Origin: Octopus vulgaris
Lineage: Eukaryota
DNA length: 64,000 bases
Direction: 5' to 3'
Assembly: GCA_951406725.2 (NCBI GenBank)
Contig: OX597831.1
Location: forward strand, 18,476,001 to 18,540,000
Within the stretch, counting starts at the first letter, position 1. The number at the start of each line of letters is the position of its first letter. Shown piece after piece: positions 1-31,462 of this stretch. The notes beneath the pieces are model-generated. The model ran no database searches. It was given only the letters and a program-made list of their open reading frames with translations, and was not told the origin of the DNA. Made by a program: the position numbers and the translations under genes.

Positions 1-3
1 ATT

Positions 4-49
<46 letters not shown>

Positions 50-196
50 TAGTTGAATGGATTATCTTATTAAGGATAATTCGGTTAACCGGTACCTGGG
101 TAGCAAATTCACGTCAGAAAAACACGGTTGAAGCTGCATGCCAAGGGCAGAGATCACGTGCTTTCGTGAGGAAATTTGTGTGACTTTTTGATACAA

Positions 197-1925
197 ATAA
201 ATGAAAGAATGGAGTTGAACGACGAATTAACAAAATTCCTTTATTCTCGACATATGTTTCGAAGGCTGCATATTCCTATTTTCGAAGGAATAAGTGGCGT
301 ATTATGTCGCCTTCTCATCAGGAAAAAAGAAGGAACGTATGTCAGCATCAAGATGAACAAAACTTTTAGATGACTGCCCACACGGAGCCCATAGCGATAA
401 TGAGTGTTTCTTTAAAATATTCCGTTATAAGCAGTGACGTAAAAAATGGTTGAATGTAGAAGATGCTAGAAGGTTCAAGGGTTCACACAAGTTTGGAGGA
501 GAGAGGTCTAAGAATAAGAAGGTGACAGGGAGCAAGTCATGTGAATGGTGATTTGTTGTTGCTTTCTTTTGTGATTGATTGCCTATGTGTGTGTATGTAT
601 ATAAGTTGAATAATGATTGGAGATCCTCTGAGATAATTTAGAAGTAGTTGCCCCAATGACATCGGTACGGGAAGAAATTTTACACTGGTAAATTGAATTT
701 CTAATTTTGGAATTGCTGGATAAGAACTTTAATCTGTTAGGGTTTACCTCCGAGACTAAGACGGAGTTTTTATTGTTATGATTGCTGTTAATATTATTGC
801 TAGCATTGACCACAATACTATTCCTATTATTATCATTACTATTAATTGTACTATCGTCGGCAATTTCCCTGACTATAGGAATGCTGGGGTTGTTATCATC
901 AATACTACCACTGTTATTAGAAATGCTGTCGTTATTACCACTAACACTACCACTGTTAATAATACGACTAATATTATTATTAATATTACTATTGTTAATG
1001 CCAACGCTGCTATGAATATTGCTATTATCAATAATATTTCTATTATTATTATTAATGTATGTTTGGTTGGAATTGGTAAGGGCGGTGTCGTAACTCCCGG
1101 GTGATGAGTCCTTATTTAGCAGCTTGTTATTATGGGAGGCAATGATCTGCGATAGATTTCTAGTGTTGGAGAAAGCAATCCTTACCTTATGCGAATTGAT
1201 AGTAGAGTAATACCTAGAATTCCTGGGAAAGTTCCTAGCTACAGCTTCACGGAACTGTAAAGGGAGGTTTTGACCTGATTTGTTTCCCGAAAGGTATGAC
1301 AAACCAGATAAGTCCACAAAAACTATACCCAACCCATTGAGGTATGTTTTACCTTTGCCTCTCTACCTCGCCCTCCTCTCTCTCTCTCTCTCCCTCTCTC
1401 TATCGTAAGCACAATCAAACACACAGACACAAACCTGTCACTTCACCACTGTTTGTTTTTGGCATCTACCCAACCACACACAAAATCACGCACACACATA
1501 CACACATATAGACACGAATGCAGTTATATACATACACACACATAGGCGCTCAATCACACAAGCAAACAACACATCACTATTCATATGACTTGCACCCTAT
1601 CACCTTCCTATTCTTAGATCTCTCCCCTCCAACCTTGTTTGAACCCTTGAACTTTCTAGAATCTTCTACATTCTACCATTTTTGACGTCACTGCTTCTAA
1701 CGGAATATTTTAAAGAAACACTCATTATCGCTATGGGCTCCGTGTGGCCAGTCATCTAAAAGTTTTTTGTTCATCTTGATGCTGACATAAGTTCTTTGTT
1801 TTTTTCCTGATGAGAAGGCGACATAATGCACTCCTTATTCCTTCGAAATTAGGAATATGCAGCCTTCGAAACGTATGTCGAGAATAAAGGAATTTTGTTA
1901 ATTCGTCGTTCAACTCCATTCTTTC

Positions 1926-1931
<6 letters not shown>
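197..1931. mobile_element. Penelope-like element remnant with ~400 bp inverted terminal repeats
   Basis: Arms ~197-604 and ~1525-1931 are reverse complements. The internal minus-strand ORF 583..1332 has Penelope-type C-terminal motifs (KVRIAFSNTRNLSQIIASHNNKLLN; IYQCKI...IGATTSKLSQRISNH, GIY-YIG-like) interrupted by an Asn-rich low-complexity stretch. Confidence 0.7.
1801..1886 (+). ncRNA. Hammerhead ribozyme motif (type I) in the Penelope terminal repeat; second copy on the - strand at ~243-328
   Basis: ttttc CTGATGA gaaggc...gccttc GAAAC gtat GTC gagaa: conserved core, stem II closed by GAAGGC/GCCTTC, minimal stem III. Confidence 0.65.
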
Positions 1932-2024
<93 letters not shown>

Positions 2025-2963
2025 TGAGTGAGTGTGTGTATGTATATATATATATATATACATATGCATACGTACATACACTCACACGCACAGAAAAATA
2101 CACACTCATATAAGTACTTATAAAAAATATAACATGCATATACATATAAATATATATGTGAAAATATATGTGTGAGTGTGCAGAAAGATATCTGTATATA
2201 TTTAAGAGCGTATGTGTGTGTGTGTGTGAGTGTAAACCTTATTACTTTATCCAAATACCTTCTTTAGTTACTTGACTGCCGTCATGAACGAGCACCACCT
2301 TAAGTAGTTTAGTCGAATAAGTGAAACACAAGATTGTACTAACTCTGTTTGACTCTGTTCATGAACGACTATGTTACATGGACGTAAACACACGAATATC
2401 GGTTGTGAAGAGATGGTGGGTGACACACTCATATACATATATGTATATATATACACACATATATATATGTATATATATTTACATATATATGGGCTTAAAT
2501 CAATGTTTATATGTGTGGGTATTTGCGTATACATGTATAATTATATATTTATATATATATTTATATATATAATCGACGGGTTTTTTTTAGTTTCTGTCTA
2601 CCAATTACACAGAAAACCCTCACGTCGGACCGAGGCTATGGCACAAAATACTTGTCCAATATACCACAGAGGAAAACTGAACCTGGATCTATGTTGTTGG
2701 GTATCAAAGATCCGACCATAAATCCAGTAATGTGCTTGAGTCTATGTCTATAGTCTTTTCAAATTTTCAATACAAGATGTCACCATGACATATATTAGGG
2801 AATAAATCCAAATTTACAGGGAAAAAAATCAGATTTAGGATTAAATCCAATTTTATAGTAAAATATGATATAATATTAATTAGAGACAAAACCACTATTT
2901 TGCAAAACAAACAAGGAAAGACTTAATCAATACATAAAATTTTAATAAAAAGTAAAAACACCG

Positions 2964-3006
2964 CCACTACAATTGTTTCATGTCCTGATCGACAATCTTC
3001 AGGTGG
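2964..3006 (-). ncRNA. Minimal hammerhead ribozyme motif
   Basis: Minus strand reads ccac CTGAAGA ttgtc gatcag gacat GAAAC aatt GTA gtgg. Stem I is CCAC/GTGG; stem-loop III is palindromic (ACAATTGT). Confidence 0.65.
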
Positions 3007-3129
3007 ATTTCCGATCTAAAATATCAATATTTTAAAATATAAGTATAAAAAATAATTTTAAAATAATTAAAGTATCAATGAAAAAATATAAATATATAAT
3101 CTATATATAACCTATATATAACAATACTT

Positions 3130-3900
3130 ATTCATACTCCCCACACACACATACAACCCACATTCATAAACAATATACGTATACCCGCTCACACATACAT
3201 ATACAAACATACAGAACTCGATATATACACCAATATATTCACACCCACATCTATACATATAAATAAATTACGCAAATAATCCCACACACACACACACATA
3301 CACATTCACACATACATAAACACTCAAAAGCAAAATAAACAATTCTTTGCACGTGGTGATCGAACGTTTTTTTTTTTTTAATTATGAATGGAATAATATA
3401 TAATCAACTTAAATATACAGAATCTACTACAAAACACCAATAAACCATCATGATAAATGAAACCCACATACATATAATGATAAAACTCCCCCTACCATAC
3501 ACAATTACACCTATATAGCAATCCCATATACACATTCACACACAAATATACATACGTAAAACACACACACACAACATATACGTATACCCCCTCACATATA
3601 CATATACATACTTACTAAACTCGATATATACAACAATATTTTCACACCCACACTCATACAGATAAATAAATTACACAGCTAAAATACGCACACACAAACA
3701 CATTCACACATACATAAACACTCAAAAGAAAAACAACATTACTACACATAATACGATATATAAAATACTTCATTCGCGCTCTGGAAACGAACGTCATTTA
3801 AAATTATGAATGGAGAAATGGAATAAGTGGAATTAAAAATTATATTCACGTGGTAAACGAACATTACTTAAACATTATGAATGGAATAATGTAATAAAAT
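3130..3900. repeat. Diverged ~400 bp direct repeat (CA-rich), probably part of a Penelope-like terminal repeat
   Basis: atatacgtataccc...actcgatatatac...cattcacacatacataaacactcaaaag occurs at ~3175-3330 and again at ~3577-3730. Confidence 0.55.
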
Positions 3901-3944
3901 AACAAACATCGTAAATATACATAAATTACTAATGGGGATGGCTT

Positions 3945-6075
3945 TGGTTTTCACGAAACCTTCTTTTTTTGGAGCTGTAGCACTGTTTGCAATTTATTCA
4001 TAGAGTGCCCTATGAATTTTATAATTGTTGGTGCTACTTTGTTAATGGCAAGTGTCTCGAGGATCCATGTGTGGGGGATGCTATCAAACGCCTTTTTGTA
4101 GTTGGTCCAGGCCATACCGAGTCCTTTCTTCTTTCTGTGGCTGTCTTCAGTTATGGCTTTATTAATCATTAGTTGATCTTTACAGCCATATTAGCCTTTG
4201 CGGAATCCTTTCTGCTCTTCTGGAAACAGGTTGTTTTGGTCCAGGTGCTTGTTCAACCTTTGCGATATTACTGCAGTAAATGCCTTGTACATTGTAGTGA
4301 GACAGGTTATTGGTCTGTAGTTTTCTGGTTTTGCTGTCTCATTTGATTTGGGAATTAAGATGGTTTTCCCCTTCGTGAGCCATTCAGGCATTGTCTCTGG
4401 TTCTGCTAGTCCGTTGTTAAATCTTTCAGCCAGCTTTTTGTGCATTCCTGTTAGATATTTCAACCAGAAGTTGGGGATCTTGTCATGCCCAGGTGCCTTC
4501 CTGTTGCTTAGTCTTTGCAGTGCTTGGGTGACCTCTTTAGTTGTTATGGGGGTCCAAAGTTGCTCAGATGCTGAGTTTGTTGTTTTAATACTCCTTTTTC
4601 TTGGTTGTTCGTTCGCCGACCATATTTCTCTCCAGAATTCTTCCACTTCTTCTACCGTTGGTGCTGCAGTGATTTCTATTTTATTTTTGCCAAGTTCTTG
4701 GTAGAACTTTTTGGGGTTGGAGTTGAACTTTTTGTTTTCTTCAAATAAGCGCTGGCGTTTCTCGTACCGGCGGATCCTTTGTGCTTTGGCAAGGATATCT
4801 TGCTTCAGCTATTCTTTTATCTCAGGTAAATCTTTTTCTGTGATGGTATATTTGCGGAGTATTTTTGTTTACTTTTTGTTGCACAGTAGCGTTGATTGTC
4901 TACTGATTTCATTAAGAATCGACAGATTTTTTCTCATTTTTTGTATTTTGTTTTGGACGTTATTTATTCACAGGGTTTGTTTGGGTGGTGGTACTCCTGT
5001 TTGGATGGGTTTGAGTGAGTATCCAGCTTCTTTTGTGGCTGCAGTGGCTGCTGCGTATACTAAGTCATTTAGCTCAGTGATATCGCTTTTTATTTCAGTG
5101 GCTATTAGTTCCGTGACGGCTAGGTTTAGGCTGTTTATAATTGGTGTTGTTGTTTCGTCTATTTTGATTTTTGGGAGGTATGGTCGGTGGTCCATTTTGA
5201 GCTCTGTGGTTTTCAGTTCTTTGATTATTTTACTTTTTATATTATCATAATCATTAGGCTCACCTTCGTTGTTTTCAGGTTTCAGCTTAATGTCGCTTTC
5301 TTTCATATTTTTATGTTTGTTTTGGCTTGCTGTTTGTCGGGTATTATTATGCATCCTTACAGTCTGGGTTTGTTGTTTTTTGTTTACATCGTGTTTGTTG
5401 GGAATGTTACGTTTGTCTTCGTGTTTTACTGTTTCAGTGTTTATATTATTGGGCATTGTTGTGTGGCTTCCATCTACATTTTCCTGGTTTATTTTTTATT
5501 TTAGATGTTCTATTTCCATTTCTGAAATTTTGTTTGCGTTGAGAATGTATCTTCGTATGTTAGCTAATTTATTAGGGCTCATTGCTGTATCCAAGTCTAT
5601 ATTTAAATTATTTTCCTTCCATATTTTATATGTATGTGTTGTTGTGTTTTCATTTTTTGGGTAGAGCACTGCTGTGAAGTATGCGTGTAGGACAGAAATG
5701 CATTCTTCACGTGTCCATTTATGTCTTTTGGGTTTTATTTGCGGACATGAGGAACAAGGACCGGCCCATTATTTTGAATGTCGTCATTTTCGTAGGGTAC
5801 CGGTCCGTTCATTTCTGTTGTCACATTGTTTTGCACGTGTAGTTTTTCGTACATTTTGTGTTGTAAGTTTAAAGTACGCACCTCCCGATTGTTATTCTTG
5901 GGTTGAATAATATCGGTGGTATTTAATTTCTTCGTTGTTCCTTAGTACATGGTGTTTGGAGTCGGGGATGATCTGGTGTTGATGGATCGTAATGTCCACG
6001 CATGTTTACATGTGTTGTGTTAGAGGTGGAGATGATATCGAGTCAAAATACATCATTTCGCTTCGAAAATAGTAA
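3945..6075 (-). mobile_element. R4/Dong-like non-LTR retrotransposon, 5' half, degenerate
   Basis: ORFs 4191..4646 and 3951..4169 carry RT motifs (KAPGHDKIPNFWLK, NYRPITCLTTMYK, EEQKGFRKG, AWTNYKKAFDSIPH) with stops and frameshifts. Adjacent to a (TAT)n tract at 6080. Confidence 0.85.
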
Positions 6076-6087
6076 TAAATTATTATT

Positions 6088-6118
<31 letters not shown>

Positions 6119-6149
6119 TTATTATTATTGTTATTATTGATATGATGTA

Positions 6150-6218
<69 letters not shown>

Positions 6219-6419
6219 ATATATGTATATAATTCTAAGAGGGTTAGAGGTGGTTGTGAATCCAACCAACTAAGGGATAACATATATGCAATATATTGCT
6301 GGTAGAATACCCAATAATGAATACACAAGTATTTTTTCTTTCATTGGCAATTACACTACTGAATGTAATGAATGGGTGAGGGTAAAAAGTTGTTTTGCCC
6401 TTAATTTGTAAGGCTATAT

Positions 6420-6768
6420 GAAAATGGAAGGGATGAAGAGGTGGTATTCATCAACTTTTAGACATTATATTATGACTATTTATCTCTTTAGTTTTTAATA
6501 TTGTAATAATATACATACACGTATAATACATTATGCTTTACATATACAAAAATACTAGTAATTTTTAAAATATACAACGTAGAACATAGAAAGTAGAATA
6601 TTTTCCTACTTACTATGTTCTACGTTATATATTTTAATAATTACTGGTATTTTTATATATGTAAACCATGTTATACATGTATGTATATTGTTATAATTTT
6701 TTAAATAAATAAATAGACATAGTGTCTAAACGTTGATGAATACCACCTCTTGATCCCCTCCATTTTCT
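6420..6768. repeat. Long imperfect palindrome (foldback/MITE-like)
   Basis: atggaagggatgaagaggtggtattcatcaac at 6424 is inverted at ~6732-6765. The internal arms also pair around a centre near 6600. Confidence 0.7.
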
Positions 6769-6774
6769 TTTGAT

Positions 6775-6852
<78 letters not shown>

Positions 6853-7443
6853 AACTGAGGATTCAGATAGAATCAGGTATTTGAAAAGGTATCCGCTGGG
6901 TGGAGTTGGGAAATATCCGCATTTACAACTTATGGTTGATGAGAATCAAAATATAAGATAGGATATTTCGGTTGTGTACACAGAGAAAACCAATCCTATA
7001 AGGGGCTGGTCCCAATCAACCTTGAACCTAGGTAAAAGTAGCAGCCCTCTAGATAAAGCGAATGAACGAAGAGAATTAGAGGAAAGGTGCAACACAGAGG
7101 GAGTGAAACTGAAACCCTGTGGTTGTGAATGTCTGACCAGAGAGCCAGCCTGTCATTGTTCTCAATGACTACCAAGATTCTTTTCATTTTATTCGTATAA
7201 CAGCTTATTAATTGCCAATTAATATAACAGCTTATGAATTACCAATGGAAATTAAAGACATAAATATTAAGATGTCGGATATAAATTTTGCACAGTAATG
7301 AGAATCTCATTGAATTAATGATTACAAAAGTCCAAGCTCACAGATGTTACAACATATTTGAAACATGAAATACAAGTAGCGAATATGTATAAATATGGCA
7401 TCGCATTTTACGATTAGCGTGAGGAAAATGAAATAGGATCATC

Positions 7444-26057
<18,614 letters not shown>

Positions 26058-26577
26058 GTAAATTGAATGCTACCACGATAATATTACCGTTGATTCTGAA
26101 AAATTGAACGATGCGCCAGTTATGTTTTCTTAAAACATGTCATTCATGAATGAATGTGTTAAACAATTAATTATATTTTCTTTTTAACTTACTTCTAATA
26201 AAGCCTCGAACGTTCAAAATCTGCTTCATTCTTTTTTTATGTTACATCATACCTCGAAACTCCACTCACTGTATTAAAAAACAGTCTACCTATTTCTCAC
26301 AAATTATATAGCACTAAGCTTTTACCTGAACAATGATCTTCAATCTCTCTGCCCTCATTCGCATTTCTTGCAAAAACTGGGTTCGCCAGGAAGCGCTGAT
26401 AGGAAAGACCCAACTTGAAACTTAAACGACAGAATAAGTACTTGGATTGCATAGAATAATTCCTGCAATCCATTTGTTCCACTAAAGGCGGTGCTCCAGC
26501 ATGACCGCTCTGAAATGAGTGAAACAAGTAAAAGAACAAAAGAATAAAATAATATATATATACATACATACACATAC

Positions 26578-26691
<114 letters not shown>

Positions 26692-26703
26692 CATATAACA
26701 TAT

Positions 26704-26746
<43 letters not shown>

Positions 26747-27899
26747 GTTCATACCTACATATATCCTGCATATATATGTATAGATACAAGCATTTATGTG
26801 TACAGGACATCAAAACAACGTTGAACATAATGAGAAGTGAGACATGCAACATAAAGAATATTCCCCTTCATCAGTTGTCCCTCTTTTATCTACTCCGCGT
26901 TGCGATGGCAAGGACAGTACGCGACTTCGTTGAAACAGTCCTTACTGCAAAGCAAATTTAATAAAATTTGGGATTTTTTGCAGATGTTGAAAGTGGTAAC
27001 CAGAACAGGGCAGTGAGAACAAGACAGTAAAAACAAACGGTGAGCGCTGTTAAGCCAAGACGATAGAAAATTATTATGAAGGCTCATTTTCCTTCACCTT
27101 AGTGTTAATCCTTTTTAGTGTTAATCATTTTGATTAAGGGGGCCCTATACGCGTAATAATCGATCCAGTATAAGTTTCCCGTTTTGTCTGAATCTACAAT
27201 CTGTCCAGTTTCGCATTTCAGACTTTTCATAAATTCCCCGAGTTCAATTTGGTATGGGTTATTTCTAAAGGTGTGGTTCTGAATTTGACTTCATAGATCA
27301 TCTTGAAGATGTTATTTTCGAATCCTTCTAGCAGCAGTGGATTGGGTTCTGGGTGTTTTTCTGCCAGCAAATATTCTATTCAATTTTCTGTCGAGGTCAC
27401 TTGTACTGTAGCTAATAGTTTTAATGTTATGCTTAAGTTCCACATGGTATACCTTCCATCTTATTCTACACACAGACTCTTTAGTTCTATGTATTAGTAG
27501 GCCCATTCTTCTGTGTATTAATAAGTTCGTGGCATGCCTTCCATCTTATTCTAAGCACGAACTCATTGTATTAGTAGGTCGATGTACAAGTCCTTTCTGT
27601 GGATGGAGATACTAACAGCGGAATAGTATTTTCCGTTAGGAGATATTATGATACTGACAACAGCCGGGCAGCCACAAATAGGAGCAGCAACCGCACCAAG
27701 TTTGCCAAACTACCTATTAGTGTGGATTCGACTAACTCAAACTCACACAATACCGATCCCTCTCCACCTCATCAGTGCATCCCGCAACATTCATTCATCA
27801 CTATGGCTCAAAAAAGCATGCAATGACATGATCTCCTTCACAACACTATTTTCTATTCGAACCATTCCTTTACCTCCAAGCATATCCTTGCCATCTTAA

Positions 27900-29190
27900 T
27901 TCCGGTATGAAAAATATCAATGCATATCAATTACTTCTCTAGTTTATCTATCGATGTTGACAATTTCTTCCTTTGCCAATTCCTTAACGGCCCACGCGGC
28001 GATGCCTGTTATAGGATTTAGTAAAGACGTACGCGACCTTTGAAACCTCCTATGTTCCATTCAGGAGAAACTTTCTCTTTAAGAATTTGGTTTGATTGTA
28101 GAATACCAAAGTACTCTTAACCCTCTCCGTTTACTTCTAGAAAAGCCCATCATCAGAAAGTTGTACTCCGCTGCTGTCTACTACGTACTTGCTCTTCAGT
28201 TCAGTGACAACGCATTTATCTATACCAAATGCAACCTGGTTATCGTGAGGGAAAATTCGTACGGACTCAATAATAGAATCACATTGACTACTGTTAGCTC
28301 CGTAAACTTGGTCGTACATTTTTTTCCTTATTAGAGGATTCCACACTCTAGGTTAACAATTTATCAAAAGTTGCGCACCCCAGCACCTTTGAATCACGGC
28401 AGGTCTACCTTTGACTGTCCATTGTGGTATGATCCTTTGGTACGCACTCCGTTGCAACAAGCTTTGTAATTTAGGAAGCTAATTCGTGAAAAGCATGAAC
28501 CGAAAACTCTGAACTAAATACGGGCCAGCTGCTTTCCAATTTCTCAGGCTATCAACTTCGGTTCGAATGCTTTCCAGCGGGAAACCTGATAACAGTGGCC
28601 TCTTGCATTACTTTGGATTCTTCTTCGCCTTCATGGATCCAGGGTTACTTATTGTTGTGCTTCACATTTCCTGACCAGATCTTCCTTAAAACGAAGTTAC
28701 TTCTTTGGAATCAGTTAACTCTGCTTCTTCCTTCTGTTCCCCATCCAGACTCCCATAGTACAGCTGCTGATTTGTTCTAACATATATTGTTTAAACTCGA
28801 GACATATTGCCTTGTATCTTTTGATCTTAACTGCACTCTCTTTAATCCTTAAACATATCCTACGTAACCAGAGCGCCCTTCAATGCCAGGTGGTATTTCC
28901 TATTTATGTAATTCTTATCTCTTTCATGGACCTCATATAACCACACCTTACTTCTTCTATCTTACACAAATCCTTCCGCAAGTTAATGATACTTTTTTCC
29001 ATTCTCCTTTACAAGAATGTTTCTTTGTTTGTTTCTATATTTCTGATGACGTAAGTAGTGGAATACATCAAGACATTTAATTCAGTGATATCCGCAATTT
29101 TCATGGCAGCTTAACATTCTCGCCTCGTTGATTCCCATAGGATTACTTCGCAATATCAAAATTTCTCTCATGACTCTGCTATGTGTTTCA
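27900..29190 (-). mobile_element. Decayed R4/Dong-like LINE RT fragment
   Basis: QVAFGIDKCVVTELK corresponds to EFGLEKCDKATFQKGK in the 36779..37663 element. A (TAT)n tract lies nearby at 29325. Confidence 0.55.
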
Positions 29191-29673
29191 TGGTTTCTAA
29201 CATACTAATGATAATAAATAAAAGGAAACACATGTATTTACATAATGTTAAGAAAAAAAGCCTAGCTTTAAACTAAAGTTTGTGTTATTATTTTTATTAT
29301 TTTTTAATTATTTGTAGTAGAATAATTATTATTATCATTACTATTATCATTATCATTACTATTATCATTATTATTAAACAAATGTCTTGAACAAATATAT
29401 TTCCTATTGACAGAAAACAATAAATACACTTTTGGTAAGTCATCATTTTCCCTCCACATATATTTGCTTGTTGGGACGTATTCTTGCGTTAGTGTAGATG
29501 CGTTTTAACACGTGAAAGCTTATTCTATATAGCGACCTACTCGTAGGCTGAATAAAATTCAGCACACCGTCTTTCCATGTTGTACTGTCTAACTCTATCC
29601 CTGGTTTTCAGAGGTCCGGGGAAGAGACCTCATGATTTGTTCCGCCGATCTCTCTTCATGTTAATCCTGTATG

Positions 29674-29749
<76 letters not shown>

Positions 29750-30569
29750 TATATGATTTAAACGAAGAGGTACGCTGAGCAATTGCTATAGCAGGTCCAC
29801 GGTTAGTTACTAAGATCACTTCTAAGCCCGGATCAAGGGATCCGTGTTAGGCTTCCGTAATACTAAGTATATATTGTATTCGTGGAAAATCAAAACCAAG
29901 ACAGGGCGACTATCTCAGGTCATTTAGAATAATTTAATGGGATTCAAGTTAATTCATCTTACCCTAATTAAATTGTTCTAAATGACTTGGGATTTCCGTT
30001 CTTCCGTAGTTTTGTTACTTTCTCTAATATAACATAACATACACACATACACGCACATGTATAAATACATATACATTCCGATCGAATCGTACGTGTATTG
30101 ACATGTACCACCTTACCACAATGCAAACTACATTTAATCAAAATAACCTTGGCCTGGCATGTAGCGTGTGATATTCACCGCCCTAGGACATTTACTACTT
30201 CCGAGACTCCGCTGTTATGAACCGTATATAGCCCGGACTTTACCTACTCCATTTCTTAATTCTTGTATACATACATAAGAACATACATACACATACACAC
30301 ACACGCATATATATTTATATATGTATGTTTAAATTTGTTTATTGTCAAACTAATCATGGGTTCTATCGATAAAAAAATACCTTTCTAATATAGTCACAAG
30401 GATTGAAATGCTGGAAGAGGGTCCTAGTCGATTACTACAACCCCAGTGATCAAATGGTATCTTATCAACTCCGATATATTGAAAGGTAATGTTGACCTCG
30501 ACAGAATTTGAACTCAGAACACTGTTACGTGGGCAGTGAGTACTAGCAGTGACATTCATATATGATACA

Positions 30570-31090
30570 CTTCTGAATGTGAGAAGTCTTCTACAGAGAG
30601 GTTGAGCATGCTTCGGCGAGTTCACAGCGACGTGCAACTGTTTCGAAGGTTTTTTTTTCTAGTGCTACTGGCGTTTCAAAAAGGCAAGACTATCCTTGGC
30701 AGTCGATGAGCTCTATGGAAGATGGTGAGATATTTTCAAGAAAAGGAGCTCACTGAGAGACCTGCCACGAGCATGGCACCACCATAAACGTGAAAGTATT
30801 TTCCGCTTGTGCATAAAAATCGTCGGTGGACAATCAATGACGTTTACATTCCGATGTTGTGGATCTGTCGTATTGGTCTGTGCAGGCAATCCTCAGTTTG
30901 TCGTGATCCAGCGTGAATCGCAAAAGATCCTCGAGTTGCTTCCGGAAAATGACTTTCAGACCGGATTCCGGAAGTGGTAAGTATTGCTGTGCAAGGTAAC
31001 TATTTCGAAGGAGATGACGTTAAAATAGGGATAAATAACTTACTTTCTCAAACATACATTGCCCGGGTAATTTTTGAGACAGCCTTGTAA
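30570..31090 (+). mobile_element. Mariner/Tc1 remnant (3' end plus TIR) just upstream of gene B
   Basis: VQGNYFEGD (mariner C-terminal GxYFE motif) near 30990, followed by a TIR-like ccgggtaatttttgagacagccttgTA. Confidence 0.5.
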
Positions 31091-31348
31091 ATACAAAAAG
31101 AAGTCTAAATATGTTTTTGCTTCATAAGGTTTTGTAATATGCATTGTCAATCTAACTGAAATTATAATGTGCGGCAACATAAGTTGGCTAGGACATAAAT
31201 TGTGAACGTCAAAGCGTCGACGATTACACACAAATAAAATATCATAGAAGATAATATATTACAATTGTCGGAGCTAGCATATGCTACAGCATGTTTCAAT
31301 GCTACGATATAACATCTTTTGAGTGAAGAAAAGTGTGGAAGCTGCATC

Positions 31349-31427
31349 ATGATGAAACTTTCTTCATTCATTCTTTTTCTCCTCTTCGGTAAGTAGTTAT
31401 GGCGATATAATTTCATTGACTTATATG

Positions 31428-31462
<35 letters not shown>

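Noticed and set aside
583-1332. 249 aa Asn-rich ORF and the overlapping hydrophobic ORFs 778 and 782 as host genes
   Set aside because: The flanking motifs are Penelope-like, the region lies between inverted repeats, and the hydrophobic ORFs are antisense readings of AAT-rich low-complexity DNA.
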